NCBI GenBank assembly: GCA_053919585.1
Contig: CM132817.1
From: Euprymna scolopes
Lineage: Eukaryota
Direction: 5' to 3' (one strand)
DNA: 64,000 nt
Shown: positions 39,469 through 53,779 of the stretch, piece after piece
How the letters are laid out: each line of letters opens with the position of its first letter
Numbering within the stretch: position 1 is the stretch's first letter
Made by a program: the position numbers and the translations under genes
Notes under the pieces: generated by a model
What the model saw: the letters and a program-made list of their open reading frames with translations, nothing else
What the model was told of the DNA's origin: nothing
Databases searched by the model: none

Positions 39469-40192
39469 TTATTGGTAATTTGTAGAATCTGTATTAGATT
39501 TGAAATTGTGTTTCTGAATTTTGGAGATTAGGATTGATTATTCGTATTCTTCCGACTACTGTTCTCATCTCGAGTTATTTTTATGTTTCAATCTAACCTT
39601 CAGGTGTATCTTGTTGAACTCTGGAATCTTTCCGCCAAACTCTGGAATCTTAGTGAAATTTTGAATGGAATCCATAGTGTGGGGAAGAGGAAGGTTCTCA
39701 TTTCTGAATAGGTAGAAGTCTTAAGGAATTCGCAATTGTATTTTGAGTGTTTCCACACTCAGGATTAAACTTTCAACTACGAGAAGAGTAACATACAATT
39801 GTTTTATCCACCATGCCATCGGTTGTAAAAAATAACATTCAAGATGAGAACAGAAATCTAAAGAATCCAAACGCAAGGTTTGAATTTGTATAACTATTGA
39901 CAAAACATTATTTCACATATTTTTACATTAACATTTTGCTGCTTTTGATCTTGAATCCATCTATAAAATCCTAAGATTTATTGTTGAGTAGGTTTTAAGA
40001 TAAAATGAAAATATATTGCCTGTACAGGGATTGAACTCTAAGCTTTCAGATTATGAGAGGTGTTTTAATACATCTCCCACCACCACTTTATCACATTTGT
40101 CATTCCTACGTAATACATTCAGTGAGCAAACAATTAAGCAAACATCAGTTTTAGTATTTTGTGTGTTTATCAAATACTAATGCACACACACA

Positions 40193-40725
40193 TCTTTATT
40201 ATATAAAAGAAACTTTGTGCATGCGTGTGCGTTCTCTATAGACGCCGCAACAGCTGGGCTGATTGTTATGAAATTTGACAAATGTACTTCACATATCTGG
40301 TAGTGTTCTTAGGTTTTGTATGGGAATATCTCCAACAAGTATCAATAATCCAAAAGATCTGATGAAAAAAAAAAAACGAACGATTTTGACCAAAGTTAAT
40401 ACTTTATACAGCCTAAGATAACAAGTGCATTTGAGAAGTTTTATTACCACACAAGCAGAAAGGTCCAGCATATAAAATCAACAGTAGTTTCTGGTGCGTT
40501 CAAAATGAATGTTTCTGTTTAAAGCACAATTGAACTATGATATTTGACTTCATATTAAACTTAAATTCAAGCCATTATCACCGCATAAGAAAGGCCAAGA
40601 ATATAAAATCAATAGTCGGTTCTTTGATATGACAGGGGCGCATTCAAAATTTTATGACAAAAGTATGGTGTGAAAGATTTGTTGATCATCATTCAATCTC
40701 AGGCAATGTCGGGTCTCCCTACTAG
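40193..40725 (+). mobile_element. Non-autonomous Helitron family B
   Basis: A|TCTTTATTATATAAAAG start; degenerate hairpin, then CTAG|T end. Confidence 0.65.
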
Positions 40726-40796
40726 TATAATACTTAAACTAGTAATTTGCTTAATGCTTGCACACCATTTCCATTAATAAAAATATTTATCTAGTC

Positions 40797-40836
<40 letters not shown>

Positions 40837-41327
40837 CAAATAGTTAATAAAACATTTTAAAAAACACTTTGAAAAAGAGTTAAAAACATTTAATTTGAAA
40901 AGGAAACACTAAATAAGTGGATAGTCCTTAATCCGCGGAGTTTTGAAGAAATACTTTCCTTCTCATCATAGGGTAGGAATTAGTAAAATGCGGGATCGGA
41001 TTTTGCTTGCAAAAGTATTTAATGAAACTGCAAGTCAAAGATCTTATTTGATAACAAAAAGTGAAGCAGAGGGAATAGGGTGGAAAAAAAAAAAAAAAAG
41101 AAAAAAAAAAAGAAAAAAAAAAGAAAAAAGAAAAGAAAAAAAAAAGGTGATTTCACGTGAATGGATAGTCTGGTGAAAGCTAAAGTATCCAAGCTCTATC
41201 TCCTATTTGGTTTTATCGAGCTTTTACATCTGGTTGAGATTACTTTATAAATATTGATTCTTTAATATTTATAATTTACTTTAGTTTTATCATCTTGGAT
41301 CTTTTTGGTAAATTTAATTGTAATTTT

Positions 41328-41329
<2 letters not shown>

Positions 41330-41373
<44 letters not shown>
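41330..41373. repeat. (TA)n microsatellite (others at about 10743, 13138, 17504, 19199, 40802, 46988, 57910; (CA)n at about 20550)
   Basis: Direct reading. Confidence 0.9.
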
Positions 41374-41375
<2 letters not shown>

Positions 41376-41904
41376 TTAGGCATTCAATGGCTACACCCAG
41401 ATTAAGCTCTCCTTTGGTGAGGAGGCAGGAAAATGCCTATTGTCAATAAAGTTATATTTAAATACCACTATAATACTTAGTTTTGTTCATAAATAGACAC
41501 CCACTGTATGATACCATGTGTCAGTTTTAAAAAAATTGAAATTTGTACTTCTGAATTTATAATTCATGGCGTATGGTAAAGAGGTACATCAGATTTCCCC
41601 GCATCATCAGAAAGAGCACACAATTTTACATAAGATTGCCAAGTTTCATGAGAATAGCTTTAAAAATAAATGATGGCAAAATTACCAAATTTCTTGAAAT
41701 ATTGTGGTTCATAATTTAGTCCACCTTTTCTAAAGAAAAATGTTCACGGAAAAGCCTAAATTTTGGCACTTAAAATTCTCATAACTTTTGAACTACTGAT
41801 GTTATTTGCATAATTCAAACGGTTTTAAGCATCTTTTACATAGCTCTTTTCATGCAGGTTGATAAAACAATTATCTAAAAAGAAAATAAACTTTTAATGC
41901 TACT

Positions 41905-42155
41905 TATTTGGACATAGGTCAAACATTTTAATTTAATCTGAGCACAAGACAATGAATGTTAAGGGGTCAAAATTGGGGTCAAAGTTTTGAAAAATTCGAC
42001 CTCTGCGGTCTCTACCAACTTTTCGCTATGGTGGTTAAGGGAGCCTATTATATAGAAAGGTTTACCGTACATATTCACACTTTTTAATGTATACATATGC
42101 ACATAAAGTTATGAACAGTACATAGGGCCCGAGCAAAGCCGGGCTGAACTACTAG
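41905..42155 (+). mobile_element. Helitron 3' portion, same terminus as 19241-19878
   Basis: CATAAAGTTATGAACAGTACATAGGGCCCGAGCAAAGCCGGGCTGAACTACTAG|T; 5' limit uncertain. Confidence 0.7.
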
Positions 42156-45109
42156 TTGTTTATAAAAAAGAGAAAATGGAGTACACCATGCCATTCGTCG
42201 ACTTTTAAACCATTTAATGGGTTTTTTTTTATGCTAAATTGCTTTTCCTTGAACTGTTTATAAATGAATGTGAGAAAGAGGAAATTTAATGCTGCTTTAA
42301 TAATTAGTAAATATTTAGATATTTTTATATTTTATAATCAGTTGCTTTTTTTTTTTTTTATATATACAAGATTAAAAAAAAAATAAAGTAAATAAAATGT
42401 TTAAAGTTTAATTTGCTATGATATGCAGACAATAAATTAATGGTCATTTAGTTCTCTCCCACTGCAAGAGCTTTGACACTAGGATTGGAAAGTGGGATTG
42501 AGAATTCAACACTCCTAAGGAGGGACACTGACATGCAAAAAGTGCCTGGGCAGCCCCGTCAGCATTCCCTGGTGAGGGCACCCCAGCTGATTAGCAATAA
42601 ACTAATCCCTTCTCAAAGAGAGAAGGCAAGGACTGGGAGGGTAGGCTGAACTCCCACCACAAAATCAACAGGGACCAGATCATTACAGCAATGATATAAT
42701 CTCCCAACTGAAATACAATGAATAACGCTAATTTTCAATACTGAATTTGTGTACATTATTAGTGTTATTCTTTTTATATAAGTATGTAGGATGGCTAGGG
42801 TTTTATAAAGTAACTTTGGTTGCAGTAGGTGGCTAGTTGTTGATTAGGATTAGTAAATTTTTAGTTGTCTTCTAATAAATGGCAGTTTTCTCATGTGTAT
42901 CCATCTAAAATTCAGTAACTATCAACGATACACCCACAGAGCACTCACATACACACATATACATATAAAAAGGTGACAATGCAGACATTTATGTGCAAGG
43001 GAGCAAACTATCATTTAGGTAAGTAAATTTGAATCCAACAGAGGCATTCCTATGCTGCTATTTCGCTTTAAAAAAAATAAATAAAATAAATAAATAAATA
43101 AATTTTTTAAAAAAGTGTATGAGGGTAGATTTATACCTACACAGAAATTTCTTACATGTCAACATAATTAAAGGAATAAACTGTAAAATAATCAACATCA
43201 TGAAATTTGGAATAGGCTTTTGTCATTTATTAGTCATATGCTCTGTAATTACATTGAGCTTCATAAATTAAAGGATTGGTATAAATAAAGGGAGAAATAT
43301 AACTGAAAAACATTTCCACAGAAAAATAAATTTTATTTTGTATAGGAATAAAAAAAATGTCTTCAAAAACCTTCTTGCAATAGTCATCAGTGTAATGAGG
43401 TGTGTGTACTCCTGTTCAGTAGGTAGAAGCAGAGAAAAATAGATAGAGCCAATGATAAAATTGAAGAAATCCAGTAAAACTAATAAGCTAAAGATGTAAC
43501 TAGTGTGTACTTGTCCAAGTATCTGATTGCTCCTTAAATTTTCATACCTATGTGCAAGAGAAAACAAAGAAATATCAGACAGTTACCAAGACTTAAGTGG
43601 ATAGAGAATGATAAAATGCCCTCTTAAGGGAAGAAAAAAAATTGGGAATTTGGAGGTTGTGTTTGCACTGTAATCTTAAGAGTGTCTTAAGAACATTTGG
43701 ACAGAGAAAAACATTGTGAAGTTTAAGAAGGATTAAACAAAATGAAATGGATCAATTTTTTTTTTTAACAAAGGAGTCACCACTTATCAAGGCCCGAAGG
43801 GTTAATGAGTGTACAGTGGTTAAGGGGAACATGTAGTCATATTTAATAGTAGAAATTTGGTAAATTGGATTACTTAAGGGGATGGCTCATCAAGAATTTG
43901 TTGATGTTGGACTTGAAGACAACCAAATTGTAGTTAGTTGGAAAGCAGGAAAACAGGCGTGCAGTTCTAAGAAAGAAACTTTGTTCATGGAATCTAGGTT
44001 TAGGTACAGATAAAGAGTGGAGAAATTAATGATAGTGGTTTCAGCTAGATGTTTTTCGTGAAAGTCAGGACAGGGAGGACTATAGATTGGAGCTCAGATG
44101 AGCACTTGGCATAAAAATAACGATAAAGCAGAGAAAGGCTCACAACGTCTTTTCTGTGGGAAAGTTTGTAGGGAAGAGAAAAGGGCATTCCCCACTAGGC
44201 TACGGTTTATTTTGCACTTTATCAAGGCAGGATAAACTGACTCTGGCAGCTCCTGCCCAGATATGGCAACAGTACTCCATCCTTGGGCGTATTTGAAGAG
44301 AATAATGAAATACTAACAGAACCCGTAAAATTCCATGAAAACATCAACTCCGATATCAGCAAGAACATTCCCTCACATAAGCAAACAGTTAAAATGAGGT
44401 TGTCTGTCAATAGAATCATCAATGCAATATTAGTTTGAATCAGACCAGGAATCAAAAAATTAACGTTTTTGTAGACAAATATGGAGAACTGCTCGAGATA
44501 TTACAAAAAAAAAAAAAGAATAATAAAATGAAACTACAGTGAAGCATTACTTTTTTTTTCCAGAGATTTTAATTTAACCTAAAATCAAAAAATAAAATAA
44601 AAATCAGTAATAATTATATCACTGTTTTCTTCATAATCTGATAAGTTGGCATGTAATAAGATTTGATAAAAACATGTCACCTGCCAACTTTTTGCAATTT
44701 TTTCATAGTAGCAAGAAAATGGGGGGGTCTATTTGCCATAAAAATTTAATGATGGAATGAATCAGTAAGTAGTGTGAATGGTTAAATTTGGTTAAAGAAA
44801 TAAAAGGGTAGCCTAATTAGAAACCAGGGATCATAAATCAACATTATTTTCATTGAAGAAATTTATTTTTTTTTTTTCAGTGTTCAAAAAAATATTTAAA
44901 AATCATGCCAGAAAGATTCTCAAATTCATTTTTTATATACTAAAAGCAGCTACCAATGTGGAGGAATGATTATATTAAAGAACATGGAAGATTTACCATG
45001 AGGGTTAGATTGTGACACAAGGACGACCTTAATATGATAAGTGATAATACGGTTATTCATGGCCTATAACAAATTGTCTGCACACAATTAGACAATTTTT
45101 TTTTTAATG

Positions 45110-45720
45110 TGATCTAATCTAGTAAAGCAACTGACCCTGACAGCGTTCCAATTATAGTGCTAAAAAGCTTAAACCAGAACTAGTTATCATACTTACAAAG
45201 CTGTTTAAGCTTTGTCTTAAAGAGAAATGTTTCCCAACACCTTGGAAAAGCTCATCAGTATGCATTGTATTTAAAAATTAAGGCGATCGGTTATCTCCCT
45301 CTCAGTACAACCAACCAGTCTCCTCCGAGTCATAAGTTGCTGGAATTTGTGTTAAATAGAGAAGTAGTCAGCCATCTCAGCAAAAATAACCTCCTCAGTG
45401 ACATGCAATATGGTTTCCGTTCTGCTAGATCTACAGCAGATATGCTCACAGTAATATCTCATAGGATTAGCAAATCTCTTGATAGAGATCTGTTTCTAGG
45501 GCCTCGACATATCAAAGGTCTTTGATAGGGTATGACAAAGATCTACTCTACAAGATCTCCAGCTACGGTATAGCAGGAAATGTCTTCTCAATTATTAAAT
45601 CATTTCTCTTTGATAGGTTCATAAGAGTAGTGGTGGTTGATGGGCAGAAATCAGAAGTTCACAGTATTAGTGTTGGAGTCCCTCAAGGGTTCATCATGGA
45701 CCCAACTCTGTTCTTGATCT
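45110..45720 (+). mobile_element. CR1/Jockey-group LINE reverse-transcriptase fragment
   Basis: LLSDMQYGFRSARSTAD, SYGIAG..FSIIKSFL..R.IRVVV.DGQ, GVPQG...PTLFL. Confidence 0.8.
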
Positions 45721-48242
45721 TAGAAGAAATGACCAAGTCCATCATTTACCCCCCCCCATTTAGCTCCAAAATCCCCAAGGCCTTAACATATTTAAATTTG
45801 AGTTCAGCACCATGAAAACTGCTAAAATAGACATACACAGAAAATTTTGGACAAATATGGTAAAATGATAAAAATAAATAAATAAATAGAGGGCTTTTAT
45901 TAGCCCTAAAAGAGCCCCTGGGGAACACCCAAGAGTTATTGCAAAGAATAGACAAACAAAACTATATAGAAATCAGTTAAAACTTTTCAGAAAGTTTTAT
46001 AAAAATCCAAGGCATCAATTTTTTTTTTAATAAGCACAAAAGTGTCAATTTTAGCCTTTTTAAGGAAAATCCGTTGTTACATTTTTTTTTTTACTCGTAT
46101 CATGTTCAATGTTTGTGTAAAATTTCAAAATATTCTAACCATAATTATTGATAGAAGTGTAAACAGACGAACAGATAAGGGTGAATTTACAGGTCCACCC
46201 TCCTTTTGTGACTGGGTGCAAAATAGGGTTTCCCAATCAATAACGAACAACACCATGTATTCTTGATAGTGTATATACAAGTTAAATATGGTTATTTATA
46301 TGAAGTTAAATATGTGAATGTGTTTGTATATTTCTTTGTATCAAATTCACTTCTAAAGTAATTAACTGATTACAAACTTTCGAACAGACCTGTTAGGCAT
46401 ATGAATAGACAATGTGAGCTATATTTAGTTCAATTTATTTGTGTGCAAATGGGGCAAAGAGGGGGATGGAAACCTTTTGTGAAAATTCAGAGATTTCTAA
46501 TTTTTGTGAAGTTTTAATATTAAACATTTACCAGGAAACTAGAGATATGGTCAGGGTTGGCTTTGAGAAACTAGTGCACACACCGATCTAAAAGCAATGC
46601 CCGAGCAGCCTTAAACGATTAACAATAAACTAACCTCTTCTTAGGGAGAAAGTAAAGCCTGGGAGGATGGACCTAAAACTGAACACAACCACACTTCAGA
46701 TAAAAACAAAACCACTGTTAAAATGATTTACATCATAATTCTATTAGGCAATTCAGAAGCATAGGTGACTTTAAGTGCGACTGTGCCAGCGTTGGTGTGA
46801 AATTTTTTCGATTACCAAACCGAATTTACTGTTTTAGATTAAAATAAATAAGCAAATTGACATAAAAAAAATTTTTCAAAGTGAAACTTTTGAACAGGCT
46901 TTTATTTATTTATTTCAATATATTTTACAGATATATTTTAAACTAAAACAAGTCCAGTTTGGTAATTAGGTATTTGGGGTGTGTGTGTATATATATGTAT
47001 ATATATATATATATATATATGTGTGACCTCGTCTGTCTGTGTGAGGAACAGTCTACCAAACTCCTGTCAATTTTTAGTCTACATACTTGAAACTTGGTAT
47101 ATAGGGGATTTGGACTTGTGGAACAAATTCAATTTGGTTTTAAGCCAGTAAAAATAGCTAAGTGATAAATAAATAAATAATTGGAACTTGGTAGGTGTAA
47201 GTTAACTAAATGTGTTGTTTTTGCACACACGCAACTCTACGCATCTTTAACAACGTTATTTTTTGTAAGGTTTTTATATGCATATGAACTTAAATCACAC
47301 GGTAACAATTAAGGCTAGAGAGCTAAATGTTTTGGTTTCCATTCTAGTTGATGCTGAAGTTTTTTTTTTACTTTTGAAATCACTTATATATTGCGTATAA
47401 TAAATAGGAAACTTGCATAAATTAAAATATATTCAAGCAAATTCTATGACCAAGCAATGCTGTAGGTGGCCTGTTAGTTAATTGTTATTAAAATTCCAGT
47501 TTCTTTGAAGTGATTTAAAGAGGCTTTAAGAGGCATAACATGGGCACAACCTCTAATTTCAAAATTGAAGTATTTCAGATTTGCATTAATTTGATCCATA
47601 ATTATTAGACAAAATAAAGTAGGATTCTTTGAATTTCAATTTCTTCGGAAGACTAAGTTTAGTCCTTAAATTTTAAACATTTTCTATAATCAAAATCATA
47701 TAAAGGATTCTGATATAAACTGGGATAAGGATTGTAGATATCGTAAGGTGAAACTGGTGCAAAACTATTTTGTATAGCAAATTAATTTCATCCATCCTGG
47801 AGTGGGTATTCTTTTAATTGCATAATGTCGACATTAAAACTTTATTCAAACAAATTGTATTAAAAAACATGACTAACAAGGAGCATGTTGAAAACTGTAT
47901 TAATAGTTATGTTTTTCACAAGTTTTTTTTCCGCATCAATGCTATGCAAAACGTGTTTAAATTGTTTTTTCTAGTTTAATGAATTATTTATATAGTTCTC
48001 AGTCCCTTGATGAGAACAATGGTCAAAATCAGCAACTACTTTCACACATAAATTTGTTTTAAGCGAAATGTACATTCCAGAAAACAACACTCTCTACATT
48101 GAGTAAGTAATGATTGTTCAGGCTATAGTATTAAACCTTTTAATGCTGCCTCTAAACCAAAACGGTATTTATTTTTCATGCATTCCTGTCAGATCGAAGA
48201 ACCAAAAAATTGTTTGCATAAGAAAATAAAAAATATACTTAC

Positions 48243-48351
48243 AGTCCCACCAACAATCCTGCCAAGTGGGTACCATGCTCGGTCATCAAACCAATTTAAG
48301 AAATTGTAAAAGCCATTATTAACCATATAATGAGTAGAACGGTAATTAAAC
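48243..48351 (-). CDS. STT3B: STT3B exon (109 nt): (W)[36 protein letters not shown]
   Basis: ttcag acceptor ending at 48352, gtaagt donor at 48242; conserved WYPLGR motif. Confidence 0.95.
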
Positions 48352-48632
48352 CTGAAATTAACCAATTTGGAAAAGTTAGTAAACCATACAAGTTCAATGG
48401 ATTTATACAGATTTTTTCTAGGATGATAAAAGAAAAATTCAGTGCAAGGCTGAAAAAGAAAATAAACATTGTATATAAATTTATATAAGTATAAATGACA
48501 ACTGAAATGCAAGAAATTTGCTTCTCTGTAATAAAATAATGTTACTAATTCTCATCTATCTGTATTTTATCTCCTCCAGGAAGTTATAGGCAAGATCAGA
48601 TGTAGTTTTGAAAGGCCAACCTACTGGTCTTT

Positions 48633-48666
<34 letters not shown>

Positions 48667-48976
48667 AAGCAGTCCTGTCACTATTTCCCAGGAGGGGCGT
48701 CTCGGGTGATTAGCAATAAACTTAAAATCAAAAATGCAATGGCGTAACGTATGAAAAGAAACTTTTTTTTTTTTCAAATGTAAAAAAATTTAATGGAGTG
48801 AAATGGAAAAAAGTCAAATGACACAACAAGCCACAATATCTTTTTAACATACTGATCACATGCATCCAATTGTAAAGCTAATTTACATATTACTTGGCAA
48901 AAGAATCTCATTAATTCACTATTTTTATTATTTTTCAATGATTGTTATGATTTTAATATAAGAATTCTATCACTAA

Positions 48977-49209
48977 TCTCCTTATATATAAAAGGCACTA
49001 TGTGTGCGTTTGTTCTTTATGGACAGCCGAGACGATTTTTTTGTTTTTAATTTCATGCAAACGTACTCTATGTCTGACAGTGTTCTTAGACAAAGCCAGG
49101 ACATGGACCTCACTAGTTATTTATAAATTTAAGAGTTAAAAATAAACAAAAATATTTGCCCAATTAAAAATACAAAAACTTCCGGACAGCATCGGATAGG
49201 CAAAGCTAG
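48977..49209 (+). mobile_element. Short non-autonomous Helitron
   Basis: A|TCTCCTTATATATAAAAG start; TCCGG-ACAGCA-TCGGA hairpin, then CTAG|T. Confidence 0.65.
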
Positions 49210-52200
49210 TTAGCAATAAAATTATGACCTGTCAAAGTTGGTTTCATTTTATTCGACCTCAGACAAATTATCATGAAGATTTAGACTTTAAACAAGTTAA
49301 AACTAATTTATATAATAGAATGATTGCAGACCCCCCCCCCCTGGACCAAAGTACACAAGGTTTGCACCAATAGATTTGTCTACACTATAAGCCACTATTT
49401 TATGTAACTTTTGAACACCATTTTAACACACATTTATTTGTTATAGTAAAATCCTACATTACATCCTAGGAGCATCATCATCAGTCGCAACCATCTATAG
49501 TGGAAATAGTTGCTATTTTTTCCTCTAAATAAAAAGTACTATCACTCCCAATCAACACTGGGAGGTATTCTGCATTTTGGACAGATATAGGGTTGCACCC
49601 TTATTACCTAGATCCTATACTTGTAGACATACCATAAGCTTTCCATTCCCCGATTTCAAAAAATGATTTCTCTCTTCACTTTCTTCCAAATCTCATTGGC
49701 TAAAAACTGACTATTCGTTAATTTCAGAATGTAAATCTTCCTACAAAAAAGGACGCTCCAGCGATTTACAAACATGGCTTCATTTTATACAAGAAGCAAT
49801 CGTTATAAATACAATAGCCCAAATACAAACATTAACACATCAAAACATGTTTATATGCCAACATTGCTTTTATTTTTCCATTAAATATAATGTACATGTT
49901 AGCTACGCTACTGTGTTAATCTTGTGTTTACATACATCGTACACACTATTTTCTGACACATCGTCACATGCTGATAGTCATTATTTCTTCCATTTCTCAA
50001 AGCTAGATGAACCTTTTTTCTTTTCTTTTTTTTTAAGTACGCTTGACTACAATTCATTCTTTATATGCAAAATAAAAAAAAATAAAAGAACCGATTACGC
50101 GACTAATACAGTTGATACCTGAATTATATATGCTTTGGAAGCCTTTAAACTGTCTATTCCTGAATATTTGCAAAGTTTGTGTCTTTTTTTTTTACTGACA
50201 TACTTTGATATTAAACTATATGTGAATTGATCATTTTTTTTCTATAAAACCTTTTTACTTATATTGTACTAAATGTGACTTTATCAATGTCTGATTTTTA
50301 AAAGCTTTTCCTTATACACTTTAACATTCAACACCCGCAACGAACAATGACAAAATCGGTATCATTTTCTTTCACCAGTAACTGAGCCATTCTTTGCCAG
50401 AAGGTGGTCAGTTTTTGTATTGACGTTTTTGCAAAGTCATTCACGCTTCACAATATGTATGCTTTAAAGGCGTTATTACGTGGCCCAGTTGACTAAAGAG
50501 TTTCCTCTTTTTCACTTCCTTTTCCTCTTAGCGTTACATGTTCAAGCCTGGCTACTGCGGCTAATCTTTTTTTTTTTGCGCTCGCACAGGTACTCGCTAT
50601 TTCCATTTTTGTAGGGGGTTGCTTAATTTATTTAATTTTTTTTGGACTCGCATGGGTAATAACTAATATTAAATGTTATGTTTTTATTTTGAAATGCAAA
50701 TAGGTCACTTAACTAATAGGTTTACATGGGTTCAAATTATATAGTGTTCTATTTATAATATAAACAAATTTCTGTACATATTGTTTAAAATATAATAATA
50801 ATTGTTCATTATTTAAAGAAAACGTTCTGTTAAAACTCACTTTCTGAAATACTGTTTACATGGTAACGTACAAGTGACTACAGGAATTTAGTTCCTTTTA
50901 AATGATAGCGAGTTGGAGTATTTTGCCATCTAAACTCCAGTCCTGCCAACAAAAATACCATACCCTACTTGGCAGGGCCAACATACACAGCAACCACCAA
51001 ATTTTTTGTTCCTACATAGTATTATTTTTTTTTTATTTACTTGCCTACCCATGAGGGCAGAGTTAGACACAAGGTCGGTTTATAATGTGAGGAGGGGGAA
51101 CCAGCTCCCCAAAAAGAGGCACCGATTAGTAACAAAAATAAATGTATTGGTCATGAAGGATTTTTCCTCCACTAAACAATACCAAAAAAGTGAAGTGCAA
51201 CATCAGAACAGATACTACACTTTGATCCTGGTCCGAAGGCCAAGCGCGTGGAAATCCTGACAGCGATTATCAAAGTAACATTTCGGGCAAATTTTTTGAC
51301 AACCTTACCCCCACTCAAAAATGGGGGGTCTATTTCGAAAACTGTTCTTAACATGAGGAGGTTAGGGGTTGGGCAACAACAGCAAAAGCCAGAATTTAAA
51401 TTTTTACCCCCTCGGGAGGGGAGGCGTGCTATTACCGGGCAACAGAGTCCTGCTAGTTTGAAATATGAAATATAGAAAATCAGGCATCTTGAAAAAAAAA
51501 AAAAAAGATAATACATATAGAATCAATAATAAACCAGACTTAATTGTGTTCCAAAGAATAGAGCAAAATATTATATCACTGGGCAACTTTGAGCGGCCAT
51601 GCGAGTTTCATTGTAACTTTTTAAATTGGATTCATCTATTATGTAAAGTTATATACTTCCCTTTGGTCTATCTGTGATTGAGATAAACCCTGAAATTACT
51701 CAAGATACACTTACAAACCTTACATATTCTGATTCACAATATGCCCACAAGTATGTTATGGTTAAAAAAAATAAAAAATAAGATAAAAAAAATAAACTCA
51801 AATACTCATTCTCTTGGTGTTACCATGGATCAATTATTGCAGAGGATGGGTGTAGAAAAAGTTCATTTAAGCAGATAAGAGGAGAGAGAAGAGGAGGTCT
51901 TTTTCATGACAAACATAAAAACTATGGAAAAAATTAATATAGAGCCATAACTGCTTATTATCACACAAAACAAATATCTATTTGATACCAAAGCTATATA
52001 AAAACGTAATTCTATATTTTTTCCTTAAAACATGGCATTGATTTTTGCATAAATTATAATCTTTCTCTTGCTTTGAGCATTCTAGACAAAGTTTAGTAGC
52101 ATTATATCTTGATTTTAATCTTTTTAAGGGGAATAAAAGGGGATTCAAAATTTTTTACTGAAAGGAGGGGGAAGACGACATTTATCAAGCCCCAAAGGAC

Positions 52201-53779
52201 TTGAGAGGATAAGGGTTAACGAGTGCCAATGAGACAACACTGGAATGACCTATTCAGGAAATTCATTTGGCCCATGCTAGGATATGTATTCTTCTAGTAA
52301 TATATATATAAAATAAAAGACTGGCTCTTTAAGACGAATATTTACAGCATTACATTTTGACCTACCCATTTTGTGGCCTTAAACATTCTTCCCAAGCAAT
52401 TGGATTAGTTCATTTCAGCAAATAAAAATTTAAAAAAAAAAAAAAGGTCATCACAGCAGAAATCCCAGGAAGTTGGGGGGGGGGGAAAAAAAAAAAAAAA
52501 AAAAAAGTCTAAAAGAAATTAGTCGTATCCTCTAATATTAGCAACTATATTTGCCCCAGATAAATAGAAGATAAGTACAGTGGCACCAAAAAGAAATCCT
52601 GCATTTATCATTTTTTCAAAGCCCTCAAATTTAATACCCCTCCTTTCCAAAGGAGGTAATGACTGGGAAGACGGCATACAATGAAACCAAATCAGACCTA
52701 AGCATTTAACCCCTTGCAAAACAAACACTAAAATCAGAATGGGTCACAAATCCCCCAGCTGTTAAGAAAGGATCTGAAATAAAAGCTATGGCCAATTAGA
52801 ACAATTATTAAAATAGAACCCCCCCCCAAAAAAAACCCCAAAAAAAACAACATATCTCAAGGAGATATTTTAACATTTATTTTGTGTATTTAAAATACAT
52901 AAGAAAACTTTGGCAAACAAATGTTGATTGACTCAGCTTTAGTATAATAGACTGCACTTATAACTTCTGCAGATAAGAAAAGAGATTTAATAAGAAATAA
53001 TCAGTCAGAAATCCATAACCAAATGTGAGGTTAAGAAAGCTAACATGACAGAACTTATGTTAGGGAGAGAAGATACACATTTCTTTTCTGGGATCAACCC
53101 GATTACATCAAAAATAAAAAAAAAAATAGAAATTGAAAAGACAAAAAATTAAACAGTTAAACTTAAATTTACTCTAAATCCGCATAAACTAAAGCGTTAC
53201 CTTTTTCAAAATCAAACCCAGAATACAAAGCTATCCAAGATATCAGTAAATGATGCAAACTAGTCTATAATTTTCTCCTTTCCACTATGTTATTGTTATT
53301 TCATTAGTTCTTTCTGAAAATACTTATTCTGAATAACAAAGAGGATACTTTTTTCCATTGTTCATTAAAAAAAGAGAGGTCATAAAAAGATTTTTCAGAA
53401 GAGTGGTTTATGTTGAAAGCATTTCAAATTTTATCAAGACAAGCGGGGGGAGGGGGGGGCCTTTGCCCAGTCATAAAATATGACTAAATCTATTTCAATA
53501 CAGATTATCACAGAGTCAATTCTCTATTGAATATTACATTGTACCCAATATACAGTAGTAGTAATTTCAAAAGTTACAAAAAATCTCAAGTGCCATCAGC
53601 TAGAATTGAAACCAAAACACGTAGCACTCCAGCTGTGTCTCCTACCAATGTAACTATAAAAAAGATAAATAAAAGTTTTACCAAACGACTTGAAGAAATG
53701 AATCAAATTTGAACATACACATACAGTTTGCATTTCAACTTGCCAATACATATCTGCACGGGTTATTCATCTATCCAAA

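Larger units (their letters stand above)
563..48351 (-). other. STT3B: STT3B gene body (partial; 11 internal coding exons; gene extends beyond both window edges)
   Basis: Spliced translation is continuous, (W)FNYRSTHY...[17 protein letters not shown]...[16 protein letters not shown]...[30 protein letters not shown]...[29 protein letters not shown] and SYNHDG match the STT3B rather than the STT3A type. Confidence 0.95.

Noticed and set aside
563-48351. U12-type or non-canonical introns
   Set aside because: All ten complete introns are GT-AG with U2-type donors; no GTATCCT
51815-51860. Candidate upstream STT3B exon ending GAT CCA TG|gtaac (DPW)
   Set aside because: Upstream codons read PSSAIIDPW rather than the conserved ESIIHEFDPW; chance match, so the real exon is probably beyond 64000
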